Origin: an uncultured virus (IMG/VR IMGVR_UViG_3300044719_000152)
Lineage: Duplodnaviria; Heunggongvirae; Uroviricota; Caudoviricetes
DNA: 64,000 nt
Reading direction: 5' to 3' (one strand)
IMG/VR virus record: IMGVR_UViG_3300044719_000152
Under the pieces are notes generated by a model that was not told the DNA's origin, did not search any database, and worked only from the letters and a program-made list of their open reading frames with translations. Both the position numbers and the translations under genes were made by a program. The first letter of the stretch is position 1. Each line of letters opens with the position of its first letter. This document shows, piece by piece, positions 18,869-27,021 of this stretch.

Positions 18869-19539
18869 TGACGCCCCGCCTGTTCGCGCTCGGCCGCCGG
18901 AAGCAGCGCGCCAAGCTGGCCGCCATCGCCGACGCTGCTCGCTACTACGACCGGCCAGCCGATTGCGACGGATCGGATTGCTTCCACGACGACGACGTGT
19001 GCGTGAACCTGGAGACCCGCTACGCCACCACCGAGGACGCGCTCGCGGCAGCGCGGGTGCCGAGGTTGGAGGCGGATGTTGATCGCCTGCTGAAGAGGAC
19101 GGCGAAGCTCGGCGACCTGGAGCTGGCCATCGGCGAGGCGCTCGGCCTGTCGGCTAGTGCGGGCACCGACGACCTGATCGCCGCAGTCGGTCGGCTCAAG
19201 AAGCTGGGCGAGGCGAACGGCCTGAATGCCCGCTTCTGGGCGGACCACTTCGACGAGGTACAGAAGGCCAACCGGCAGGCACTCGGCGAACACCACAAGC
19301 CCGGCCACACCGTGGCGGAGCTCATCACCGCGCTCGTCGGTCAAGTCGACCAGTACCGCGAGTTGCTCGGCTCGATCTGGCTGTACATCAGCTGGCGCTC
19401 AGTTACCCGACACCTCACCACCGAGCAGCGGGAACTGTGGGCGGAAGCGGTCGAGTCGTCCGGTGACCCGGACGAGCGGATCGCCGCGGACCGGTGGTGG
19501 CGCGACGACGCGCCGGCTGAGACGGGAGGCGCGGAGTGA
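18868..19539 (+). CDS. hypothetical phage protein
   Basis: TGATG coupling, high GC3. Confidence 0.65.
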   Translation: MTPRLFALGRRKQRAKLAAIADAARYYDRPADCDGSDCFHDDDVCVNLETRYATTEDALAAARVPRLEADVDRLLKRTAKLGDLELAIGEALGLSASAGTDDLIAAVGRLKKLGEANGLNARFWADHFDEVQKANRQALGEHHKPGHTVAELITALVGQVDQYRELLGSIWLYISWRSVTRHLTTEQRELWAEAVESSGDPDERIAADRWWRDDAPAETGGAE

Positions 19540-19832
19540 AGATCGGACCACGCACCGCGAAGCTCCTCCGCGAGGCCATCCTGCTCGCGCACGTCCACGG
19601 CTCTTGTTGGGGCCAAGCCAATCCCCGGCAGCTCGGCGGCGACGACGACTATCCGAAGGACTCCGAGGTTGTCAGGCAGGTACTGGTCTCGGCAACCCGA
19701 AACGCGGACAAGTTCCCCACGCTGGCGAAGCTCGATGTGGCGCAAGAGGCCGACGCCCGGCACCGGCAGGCATTCACCGAGGAGATCAAGCAGTTGATGG
19801 CGCAGCGCGCCGAGCAGAACGGAGAGCGGTGA
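19536..19832 (+). CDS. hypothetical protein
   Basis: GGAGG RBS, coupled. Confidence 0.6.
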   Translation: MKIGPRTAKLLREAILLAHVHGSCWGQANPRQLGGDDDYPKDSEVVRQVLVSATRNADKFPTLAKLDVAQEADARHRQAFTEEIKQLMAQRAEQNGER

Positions 19833-20374
19833 TGGACTGGCGACACAGGGCGGCATGCCGCGACGAAGATCCCGAGTTGTTCCATCCGGTCGGCAGCAGC
19901 GGTCCGGCGCTCTTGCAGATCGCCGAGGCGAAGACCGTATGCCGTCGCTGCCCGGTGGTGTCGCTCTGTTTGACCGAGGCGCTCGGCATGAAGGACTGCT
20001 CGGGTGTCTGGGGCGGCATGTCCGAGGACGAGCGGGACGCGTTGAAGCGCCGGCAGGCCCGAACAAGGCAGCGTTCCCACGTCGTCGAGGAGCCTCCGGA
20101 GGAGCCGGAGCAGGCCACGCCGGTCCGGGTCGACGGCCGCCTGATGGCCGCGCCGGCAACCGTCCTGGGTCGCCTGTATCAGGAGCGCACGTCGGACCAG
20201 CGTCAGCACGCGCTGATGAGCAACGGCCGCTCGGCGTGCGGGTCGACCCGCCTGGACACGGATCGGCAGCGTCCAGTGGCGGAGTTGGGTGCGTCGCGGC
20301 GCTGCCGAACGAAGGCGTGCACTCGGCTGTTCACGGTCGCCGACCAGGAGCACCTGGTGTTCTCCCATGGCTGA
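19832..20374 (+). CDS. whiB: WhiB-family Fe-S transcription regulator (WhiB1-like) with C-terminal extension
   Basis: MDWRHRAACRDEDPELFHPVG...CRRCPV...C...GVWGGMSEDER; 4 conserved Cys and GVWGG turn. Confidence 0.92.
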   Translation: MDWRHRAACRDEDPELFHPVGSSGPALLQIAEAKTVCRRCPVVSLCLTEALGMKDCSGVWGGMSEDERDALKRRQARTRQRSHVVEEPPEEPEQATPVRVDGRLMAAPATVLGRLYQERTSDQRQHALMSNGRSACGSTRLDTDRQRPVAELGASRRCRTKACTRLFTVADQEHLVFSHG

Positions 20375-20699
20375 CCTGTTCGAGCTCCTGCTACGCGCCG
20401 CCGTCGAGGCCCTGCCGAACGACCCGGACATGGTGGAGGACAAGGAGACCGTTGTTGGCTGGCGGGTGGTCGACGCCCGCGAGGAACACACCGCCGACCC
20501 GTACGTGCCCGAGGAGTACTGGGTGCCCGAGTTCGGGCCGTCGGAGATCGTCGCCGCCAAGGTGACGGCCGCCGTGCTCCAGGTCCTCGCCGCCGACCCG
20601 CGCGCCGGTCTGCCGCCGGAGAGCCGGCAGCAGTTCGAGAACCTCGCGCTGGAGCTGGAGCACCGGCAACTCCTCATGCAGGAGGCCGGTGATGTCTGA
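20367..20699 (+). CDS. hypothetical protein
   Basis: coupled ORF. Confidence 0.6.
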   Translation: MADLFELLLRAAVEALPNDPDMVEDKETVVGWRVVDAREEHTADPYVPEEYWVPEFGPSEIVAAKVTAAVLQVLAADPRAGLPPESRQQFENLALELEHRQLLMQEAGDV

Positions 20700-20907
20700 G
20701 CCGCGCCGGATGCGCCGGTTCGTCGCCGGCTGCGGCACTCAGTTCGACGAGACCATCGACGGCCACCTACGGCGTCGCCTGGCCCGCAGCGACAAGAGCC
20801 CGATCCCCTCGCCCCAGACCCGAGAAGCCGTCGTGGCCGCGTACGGGGAACTGCGGGAGATGTCCACCGTGGAGCTGACCATCAAGAAGGGATGGGCACG
20901 ACGATGA
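20692..20907 (+). CDS. hypothetical protein
   Basis: GGAGG RBS. Confidence 0.55.
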   Translation: MSEPRRMRRFVAGCGTQFDETIDGHLRRRLARSDKSPIPSPQTREAVVAAYGELREMSTVELTIKKGWARR

Positions 20908-21239
20908 CGCCCGAACCCGAGGTGCGCGCGACGAACTACGTCGTGACCGCCGCGCCCGACTGGGACCACCCGGACGCGAGCCTGTGGAACATCGAGGTCC
21001 ACGAGCGCGGCGGCGGCAAGTGGGGCGTCTACAACCGCACCCGATGCCTCGGCGCGGACGGCGAGTGGAGTTGGGAGTCGATCCCCAGCGAGCGCCGCGA
21101 AGAGTGGCTCGCCGATCACCGCTTCGACCTGGACACCGCGCTGCGTCTGGCGAAGGAACAAGTGCCGCTCGTCACCGTCGGCGGCCTGACCGTCGAGCAG
21201 GCGCTCGAGCGGTTCACAACGAGGAAGGAACGGCCGTGA
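20904..21239 (+). CDS. hypothetical phage protein
   Basis: WSWESIPSERREEWLADHRFDLDTALRLA motif, typical of actinophage genes. Confidence 0.7.
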   Translation: MTPEPEVRATNYVVTAAPDWDHPDASLWNIEVHERGGGKWGVYNRTRCLGADGEWSWESIPSERREEWLADHRFDLDTALRLAKEQVPLVTVGGLTVEQALERFTTRKERP

Positions 21240-21709
21240 CTGCCATCGAGATCCCCGGGCTGATCGGCAACGAGCCGATCCATGTGTTCGTGCCTGGCCA
21301 GCCCGCGCCCCAAGGCTCCGTCCGCGCCATCAACCACCGGAGCACCGGCCGCGCCGTCGTCATCAAGGACAACAACGCCACCCAGAAGGCGTGGCGCAGC
21401 TACGTCCGGGACGCGCTCATCGGGCCGGACGGCCAGCCGCTGCGCCGCTTCGACGAGGCTGTGCACGTCGACCTCGACTTCGTCATGAAGCGTCCACTGT
21501 CGACGCCCAAGCGCCGGACACCGCCAGCGACGAAGAAGCCCGACCTCGACAAGCTCGTGCGCGCGGTGTTCGACGCGATCACCTCGGCCGGCGTGTGGCC
21601 GGACGACTCGTACGCGGTCCAGTTGCACAGCTCGAAGCGGCTCGCCGAGCTCGGCGAAGCGCCGGGTTGCTTGATCCGGATCGCCGGCGCCCGCTGGGGC
21701 TTCGAGTGA
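21236..21709 (+). CDS. rusA: RusA-family Holliday junction resolvase
   Basis: VPGQPAPQGS...KPDLDKLVRAVFDAIT..GVWPDDS. Confidence 0.9.
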   Translation: MTAIEIPGLIGNEPIHVFVPGQPAPQGSVRAINHRSTGRAVVIKDNNATQKAWRSYVRDALIGPDGQPLRRFDEAVHVDLDFVMKRPLSTPKRRTPPATKKPDLDKLVRAVFDAITSAGVWPDDSYAVQLHSSKRLAELGEAPGCLIRIAGARWGFE

Positions 21710-22092
21710 TCGCGTTCGTCGGCCGGGCGCTGCTCGCGTTGCTGGGCGTCATGACCCGACCGAGACCACCCGTCCCCGACCTGCCGCCGGTCGTACCGCC
21801 AGACGCGCCGCGCCTCGACCCGCTCACCGATGACGAGATCGCCGAGCACCTGCACGACGGCGTCGAACCGTGGCGCATCGACGAGCGCCAGATCGACGGC
21901 GGCTGGTGCGGCAACGAATGGCCCCGCCTCTGGCCAACCCGCCAGCGCGAGCCGACGGCAGTCCGGCCGTGCTGGGCGTGCGGCAACCCCGCCGGGTTCC
22001 ACACCGAACACCAGCCCTGCTCGAACGTCCCGACCTTCACCCGTACCGCGCCCACGCTGCCCGACGGCAGCCAGCTCCGGAGGAACCCGTGA
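21706..22092 (+). CDS. hypothetical protein
   Basis: coupled; CWAC...H...C. Confidence 0.55.
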   Translation: MIAFVGRALLALLGVMTRPRPPVPDLPPVVPPDAPRLDPLTDDEIAEHLHDGVEPWRIDERQIDGGWCGNEWPRLWPTRQREPTAVRPCWACGNPAGFHTEHQPCSNVPTFTRTAPTLPDGSQLRRNP

Positions 22093-22460
22093 CCGCCAAC
22101 GACACGCCCGCGAACCCACCCGCCGCCCTCGAATGGCGACAGATCGGCGAAGGCGTCTACGTCACCGAACACAACGGCAAGCCCTGGACCCTTGCCGCTC
22201 ACTCCGCGTGGCTCGGCAAGGCCGGCTGGTCCGGCACCAACGAGTGGCACCTCCACGAAGGCGACGAGCGCACCTCGCAGGGCAGCGAGGGCCGGTTCCT
22301 CGGTCCGGCCGGGCGCGGCACGCAGTTCCACAAGACGAAGCTGGTCCGCGCCCAGAAGCTCGCCGCGTGGATCGTGGCCAACCCCGACCTGGCCGCCACG
22401 ATGGTACTGCGGCAAATCGAGGATATTGTGTTCGACGACTCCGACAGGAGCGACCGGTGA
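22089..22460 (+). CDS. hypothetical protein
   Basis: GGAGG RBS, coupled. Confidence 0.6.
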   Translation: MTANDTPANPPAALEWRQIGEGVYVTEHNGKPWTLAAHSAWLGKAGWSGTNEWHLHEGDERTSQGSEGRFLGPAGRGTQFHKTKLVRAQKLAAWIVANPDLAATMVLRQIEDIVFDDSDRSDR

Positions 22461-22915
22461 CCGCCGCCGCGTTTGCCGCCCTGTTCGTAGCCCTGCTCGT
22501 CGGCCACCACCTCGGCGACTACCTGCTCCAGTCCCAGTGGCAGGCCGACCACAAAGGCGACCACCCCGGACACGACCACCCGGGCCACCGTGACACCCTC
22601 ACCGGCTGGCGCGCCGCCGCCAGCCACGTTGCCGGCTACACCATCGCCACCGTCACCACCACCGGCGTCGCCGCGCTCGCACTGCACCTGCCGATTGCCC
22701 TGACCGCCTTCATCGCCGCCCACCTGCTGTCCTCCGGCAGCCACCTCGTCATCGACCGCCGCTACACACTCCGCGCCGCCATGGCCGCCCTCGACAAGGT
22801 CATCCCCGGCAAGCTCGCCTACTACGACGGCGGCGGCGCACCGCTGCTCGACCAGATGGCGCACATCCTGTTCCTGTTCGGCGCCGGGCTGCTCGGGGTA
22901 GCCCCGCTCGGCTGA
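22457..22915 (+). CDS. DUF3307-like membrane protein
   Basis: GHHLGDYLLQ, SHLVIDRR, DQMAH motifs with TM helices. Confidence 0.8.
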   Translation: MTAAAFAALFVALLVGHHLGDYLLQSQWQADHKGDHPGHDHPGHRDTLTGWRAAASHVAGYTIATVTTTGVAALALHLPIALTAFIAAHLLSSGSHLVIDRRYTLRAAMAALDKVIPGKLAYYDGGGAPLLDQMAHILFLFGAGLLGVAPLG

Positions 22916-22984
22916 CTGTCCAGTTAGGAAACGGGAAACACCTTCCCCGGCAACCAGTCCACACCCGACACTGAGGTGCAACCC

Positions 22985-23359
22985 ATGACCGCCAGCACCG
23001 TGTGCGCGTTCTGCGAGATCGTCGCCGGCCGCGCACCCGCCACCTTCGACCGCACGTGGCCCGACGCCATCGCCATCCGGCCGCGGCGAGGAGGGGTCAA
23101 CGACTCCCACGTCCTCGTCATCCCCACCGTCCACGTCGCCGACGCCGGCGAGAACCCCGCCGTCACCGCCGCCGTCATGGCCCGGGCCGCCGAACTCGTC
23201 TCCGAGCGGCAAGCCGCCAACATCATCACCAGCAAGGGCGTGGCCGCCACCCAGAGTGTGTTCCATCTCCACGTGCACGTCATCACCCGCACCGACGGCG
23301 ACGGGCTGCCGCTGCCGTGGACACCCCAGCAGACCAAGGAGGAGACCCGCCGTGGGTGA
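22985..23359 (+). CDS. HIT-family nucleotide hydrolase
   Basis: CAFC, HVLVIP..H, QSVFHLHVHVI histidine triad. Confidence 0.9.
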   Translation: MTASTVCAFCEIVAGRAPATFDRTWPDAIAIRPRRGGVNDSHVLVIPTVHVADAGENPAVTAAVMARAAELVSERQAANIITSKGVAATQSVFHLHVHVITRTDGDGLPLPWTPQQTKEETRRG

Positions 23360-23867
23360 GATCCAACTCGTCATGGCCCGCGAGCCCATCCCTGACGGGC
23401 CCAGTGTGTTTCTCGCTGGCCCCAGCCCGGAACGCGGCTCGGGTGTGCCGTCGTGGCGGCCGGACGCAGCCGCAGCCCTCGCCGCCACGTGGCTCGGGGA
23501 CGAGCCGCTGGCGGTGCTGTCGCCGGAGAGCCGCGGTGGCGTGCGGGCGGCCCGCTACGAGGACCAGACGGACTGGGAGATGGCGGCCCGTTACCGGGCG
23601 GCCGTGGTCCTGTTCTGGATCCCGCGGGACGTGCGCCTGATGCCCGGCTTCACGACCAACGTCGAGTTCGGCTACGACGTCGCCGCCCGCCGGCAGGTCG
23701 TGCTGGGCTGCCCGCCGGACTGTCCGAACCCGGAGCGCAACCGCTACCTCATACGGGTGGCTCAGCTCCACGCCGTCCCGGTCTGCACCACGCTCCCGCA
23801 GACCGTTTCCGCCGCCATCAACCTCATCCACGCCACCGAGCACCAACCATCCACTGAGGAGTGCTGA
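23352..23867 (+). CDS. nucleoside 2-deoxyribosyltransferase-like protein
   Basis: SVFLAGP...SWR...YEDQTDWE...VLFWIPR...GFTTNVEFG. Confidence 0.8.
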   Translation: MGEIQLVMAREPIPDGPSVFLAGPSPERGSGVPSWRPDAAAALAATWLGDEPLAVLSPESRGGVRAARYEDQTDWEMAARYRAAVVLFWIPRDVRLMPGFTTNVEFGYDVAARRQVVLGCPPDCPNPERNRYLIRVAQLHAVPVCTTLPQTVSAAINLIHATEHQPSTEEC

Positions 23868-23869
23868 CC

Positions 23870-23995
23870 ATGGCCGAGAACGACGGCACGCACACCACCG
23901 CCAGCACGCAGACGAGCGGCGGCGTGGTCTACGACGTCACCACCACCCGCTCGGCCGACGGCCGGGTGATCGGCGGGACCGCGACACCCCGATAA
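23870..23995 (+). CDS. small hypothetical protein
   Basis: GAGGAG RBS, 41 aa. Confidence 0.45.
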   Translation: MAENDGTHTTASTQTSGGVVYDVTTTRSADGRVIGGTATPR

Positions 23996-24058
23996 CAGGC
24001 CCCCGCCAGCGGCCCCGCTCTCTCCCCCGGAGCGGCGCCGCTCTGTATTCGACGCGCG

Positions 24059-24484
24059 CTAGCGAGAGAGGTACCGCTCGCCCCAGTTGGACGAGCCCTC
24101 CGGATATACGAGCTTCACTCTGACCGAGCGGATCCAGAAGTCGCCGGGCGGCTCGTCGTCAGTCATATCGAGCCGCACCGTCAGGGCACCGAGGCTGGCG
24201 TCGTAGAGCACCGTGGCGGATCGCTCAACCTCGGCGGTGCCGTCCTTCGTGCTCGTCCGGACATACACGCCCGCGCCTTGCCGACCGATCAGCAGGCCCT
24301 CCGTCTTGAGGGCGGTGAGGGCGGTGTCGACGGTGCCCTTGGCGACGCCGAAGTGGGCCATGAGCGCCGCCTGGCCGGGGATGCGCTCGCCCTCGGCGAT
24401 CTCGCCGGTGCGGATCGCGTCGCGGATGGCGTCGGCGATTTGCCGGCTCGCCGGGGTGGGGTCGTTAGGGTCGATTGTCCTCAT
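24059..24484 (-). CDS. GntR-family regulator (Kor/TraR-like), probably leaderless
   Basis: QIADAIRDAIRTGEIAEGERIPG..ALMAHFGVAKGTVDTAL..LKTEGLL..RQGAGVYV; TTGAGT-17-TAACCT promoter 6 nt before ATG. Confidence 0.88.
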   Translation of the reverse strand: MRTIDPNDPTPASRQIADAIRDAIRTGEIAEGERIPGQAALMAHFGVAKGTVDTALTALKTEGLLIGRQGAGVYVRTSTKDGTAEVERSATVLYDASLGALTVRLDMTDDEPPGDFWIRSVRVKLVYPEGSSNWGERYLSR

Positions 24485-24550
24485 TCCACTAGGTTAGCTA
24501 GGATAGTTGCGTAACTCAAACCTTGATGCGCAGCCACCCGTCGGCGCAGG

Positions 24551-24823
24551 ATGACCTGCATGGACGCCGCCGAATACCACCGCCTCGCCGCCGAGCTCGA
24601 TGTACCCGACGAGGAGCGCGACCACGAGCTCGCCTGCGCCCGCTGGGACGCCCAGCACCTGCCCGAGACCATTCACGGACGCGACGTGCACCAGCACGCC
24701 GCCGACGCCCTCACCGCCAGCCGAGCGCAGCCGGTCAGGCCGCCGCTGAAGCCCGTCGAGTTCCGCCGCACCGAACACCCCTGCTGGACGCCAGGGCAGG
24801 CGCTGGCCGCGATCAAGCGCTGA
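24551..24823 (+). CDS. hypothetical protein divergent from GntR
   Basis: 90-aa ORF, high GC3. Confidence 0.5.
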   Translation: MTCMDAAEYHRLAAELDVPDEERDHELACARWDAQHLPETIHGRDVHQHAADALTASRAQPVRPPLKPVEFRRTEHPCWTPGQALAAIKR

Positions 24824-24874
24824 ACACGGTAACGCCCCCGACCCGCAAGGTCAGGGGCGCAGCGCACCAGTTGT

Positions 24875-25081
24875 CTACGGCTTCAGTACCCAGTCCCCGC
24901 CGTCTGCCGTGACCGCGGCGGCGTCGAACAGTGACGGCTCCCAGCCGCCCGTCGCCCGATGCCGGACCAGCACCCGGCCGTCGGTGAGCACGTACCAGTC
25001 GGCGTCGATCGGCACCTGCACGCCCTCCCGCTGCACGAACACCCGCGCGCTGGCCAGCTCCTCGTCAGTCGGCACCTTCAC
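24875..25081 (-). CDS. hypothetical protein
   Basis: GAGGAG RBS, coupled. Confidence 0.6.
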   Translation of the reverse strand: MKVPTDEELASARVFVQREGVQVPIDADWYVLTDGRVLVRHRATGGWEPSLFDAAAVTADGGDWVLKP

Positions 25082-25425
25082 TGCTGCTCCTCACGTTGGG
25101 CGCCTCGCGCCGCGATGTTCTGTGTCGATTCAGTAGCGTCAGGCCAAGACGCCAGCCCATGCTCGCCGGCCACCGTCAGCCGCTCGTTGTGAGCCTTCAC
25201 GGCATTCCGCACCGCCGACCGCGACACGCCCAGCTCAGCCGCAACCTCGTCGTACGTGCGCCTCCTGGTCTCCTCGTAGATGGCGTCCACGCGGACAGCG
25301 GTGAGCCCCCTCGCGTTCCGGGTGTCCAGCAGCGCGCCCAGCCACCTGGCACGCTGGATCGGCGGCAGCGTGTCCAACCAGGCCAGCACCTCGTCGAAGG
25401 CGGTCGGCTCGTGCTTGTCGGTCAT
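25078..25425 (-). CDS. HTH DNA-binding protein (sigma region-4-like)
   Basis: RTYDEVAAELGVSRSAVRNAVK; AGGAG RBS. Confidence 0.7.
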   Translation of the reverse strand: MTDKHEPTAFDEVLAWLDTLPPIQRARWLGALLDTRNARGLTAVRVDAIYEETRRRTYDEVAAELGVSRSAVRNAVKAHNERLTVAGEHGLASWPDATESTQNIAARGAQREEQQ

Positions 25426-25450
25426 GATCGTCTCTCCTGCTGGGAGGGGA

Positions 25451-25472
25451 AGGGGCCCGATACCGGGCCCCT
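25451..25472. other. GC-rich hairpin between two - strand genes
   Basis: AGGGGCCCG-ATAC-CGGGCCCCT. Confidence 0.55.
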
Positions 25473-25477
25473 CGCCG

Positions 25478-25828
25478 TCAGGCCGCCGCCAGCTCCGCAG
25501 GCATCCAGGTGCAGTCGCAGCAGGGGTAGTGCTTGCCGTAGCGGGCGAACCACTCGCGGTGGATGCGCTCCTGGACCTCGGCCGCCTTCCGGGCCTCCCG
25601 GTCGCGCCACGCCTGCACACGCGCCTCGTCCTCGTCGGTCCACTCGTCGTCGTCATCCTCGACCGGCGAGTACTCGAACTGCCACTCGAACATGGCCTTC
25701 GGCATGATGTCCTCGCTGCCGTCGAAGAAGCGGACTCGCACCATTCCGGGCTGTCCCGGCTCGTCGCCGATCAGGTCGGCCAGCTCGCCGTTGTCGGTGT
25801 CCTGGTAGTCGCCCCGGAACTTGCTCAT
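25478..25828 (-). CDS. acidic hypothetical protein
   Basis: AAGGAG RBS; downstream of a palindromic operator/promoter. Confidence 0.65.
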   Translation of the reverse strand: MSKFRGDYQDTDNGELADLIGDEPGQPGMVRVRFFDGSEDIMPKAMFEWQFEYSPVEDDDDEWTDEDEARVQAWRDREARKAAEVQERIHREWFARYGKHYPCCDCTWMPAELAAA

Positions 25829-25871
25829 CTCGGTCTCCTTGGTGGCTGGTTCTCTGTGGCCTGACACGAAC

Positions 25872-25902
25872 TACTCTAGGCACCCATGGGTGCCTAGCGC
25901 AA
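25872..25902 (-). promoter_or_regulatory. promoter TTGCGC-18-TAGAGT overlapped by a perfect 22-bp palindromic operator
   Basis: CTAGGCACCCATGGGTGCCTAG at 25876-25897. Confidence 0.7.
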
Positions 25903-25957
25903 GACCTGAGACAGACGCCACACGAATGGAGCAACAAAAAGCTTTGACGGTGCGCAG

Positions 25958-26713
25958 CTAAGGAGCCCCTATCGCACCGGTCACCACACCGACAGCGACC
26001 GACAGAACACCCGGAAAGAGAGCAACACCCAAGACAACGAACAACGGAAAGACCAGCAGACGCTCAGCACCACCACCAGCACGAAAGCGCAGGCCATACG
26101 GAGTGGCTATCCGGAACCACCGCTGGCCACGAATAGGAAGTGGCCACAAGAACGGCACACCCGCACGCGTCAGAGCATCCCCCAAGATGTGCACCACACA
26201 CCCAAGAGCGACCGCCACGCCGATCCAGCCGCGCACGGGGGACAGCTCGTCCCCACCCGCCAGGAGTCCCCACACCACGGGGACAGCCCCCGCCCCCAGC
26301 ACCCACCTCCCCAGGGACCTCCCGGCCAGCAGAGTCCCCACCGTCACGGGGAGCAGCACTCCCCACCAAGGGGACAGGGCAGTCCCCAGCGCGGTGACCC
26401 CGCCGACCACCGCGGCGAACACGAAGGTGTGGCTGAGGTGCCGGTGCGTCCCCTCGCTGTCCCGATCCCGGGGAGTCCGCGTCGCCTCGAACGCCACCGC
26501 CGACAGCTCCCGCAGCGCCAGCGACAACCAGCCCGTCACCCAGCCGCCCCACCGCGTCGCCACCGCACCCGGGTGATCCAGGTCCGGCGCCAGACTCCAG
26601 CCGGCCACCGTCGCCGCCACTAACAGTGACTGCGCCGGGCTGGCCGCGCCAAGCAACGGAGCCACCAGTAGCCCCGCGCACCACCCGGACAACGCGTGCG
26701 TTCGGCCCATCAT
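25958..26713 (-). CDS. YdjM-like membrane metal-dependent hydrolase
   Basis: MGRTHAL, PDLDH, HRHLSH, HILGDALT..GVP motifs; multiple TM helices. Confidence 0.85.
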   Translation of the reverse strand: MMGRTHALSGWCAGLLVAPLLGAASPAQSLLVAATVAGWSLAPDLDHPGAVATRWGGWVTGWLSLALRELSAVAFEATRTPRDRDSEGTHRHLSHTFVFAAVVGGVTALGTALSPWWGVLLPVTVGTLLAGRSLGRWVLGAGAVPVVWGLLAGGDELSPVRGWIGVAVALGCVVHILGDALTRAGVPFLWPLPIRGQRWFRIATPYGLRFRAGGGAERLLVFPLFVVLGVALFPGVLSVAVGVVTGAIGAP

Positions 26714-26732
26714 CAGCGTGTGCTCCTCGCTC

Positions 26733-26973
26733 GTGGTCCACACGGTCCACGCCTGTTTGCGTGGACCACCCGACACAGGGGGTGTTGCGACTGTTTCCGC
26801 AGGTCAGGTATTTGCGGCACCTGTCCTGCTGGTCCACGTGGACCACCGGCTTGACATCGTTGACAACGTGGACCATCCCAGGTCACCGGCCATGGACCGG
26901 CTGGTCCACACCGACCGGTGGTCCACACCCGGTCCACGCCGACGACCAGGCCGGTCCACGCGGTGGTCCACAC
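26733..26973. repeat. clt-like array of GGTCCAC/GTGGACC repeats downstream of traB
   Basis: GGTCCAC at 26735, 26744, 26831, 26903, 26920, 26931, 26953, 26965; GTGGACC at 26761, 26838, 26868. Confidence 0.8.
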
Positions 26974-27021
26974 AGCGGTGCCCTCCAGCCGAGCACGACC
27001 GGAGGGCACCCGCGGTACGAC

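Noticed and set aside
12000..22500. recurrent GGCGGTG(C/G)..(TG)ATG junctions as a cassette or recombination repeat
   Set aside because: Explained by RBS plus overlapping stop/start coupling of small phage genes; no longer conserved repeat seen
26733..26973. repeat cluster as a CRISPR array or coding ORF
   Set aside because: Repeats are 7 bp, irregularly spaced and in both orientations; overlapping ORFs are low-complexity translations of the repeats
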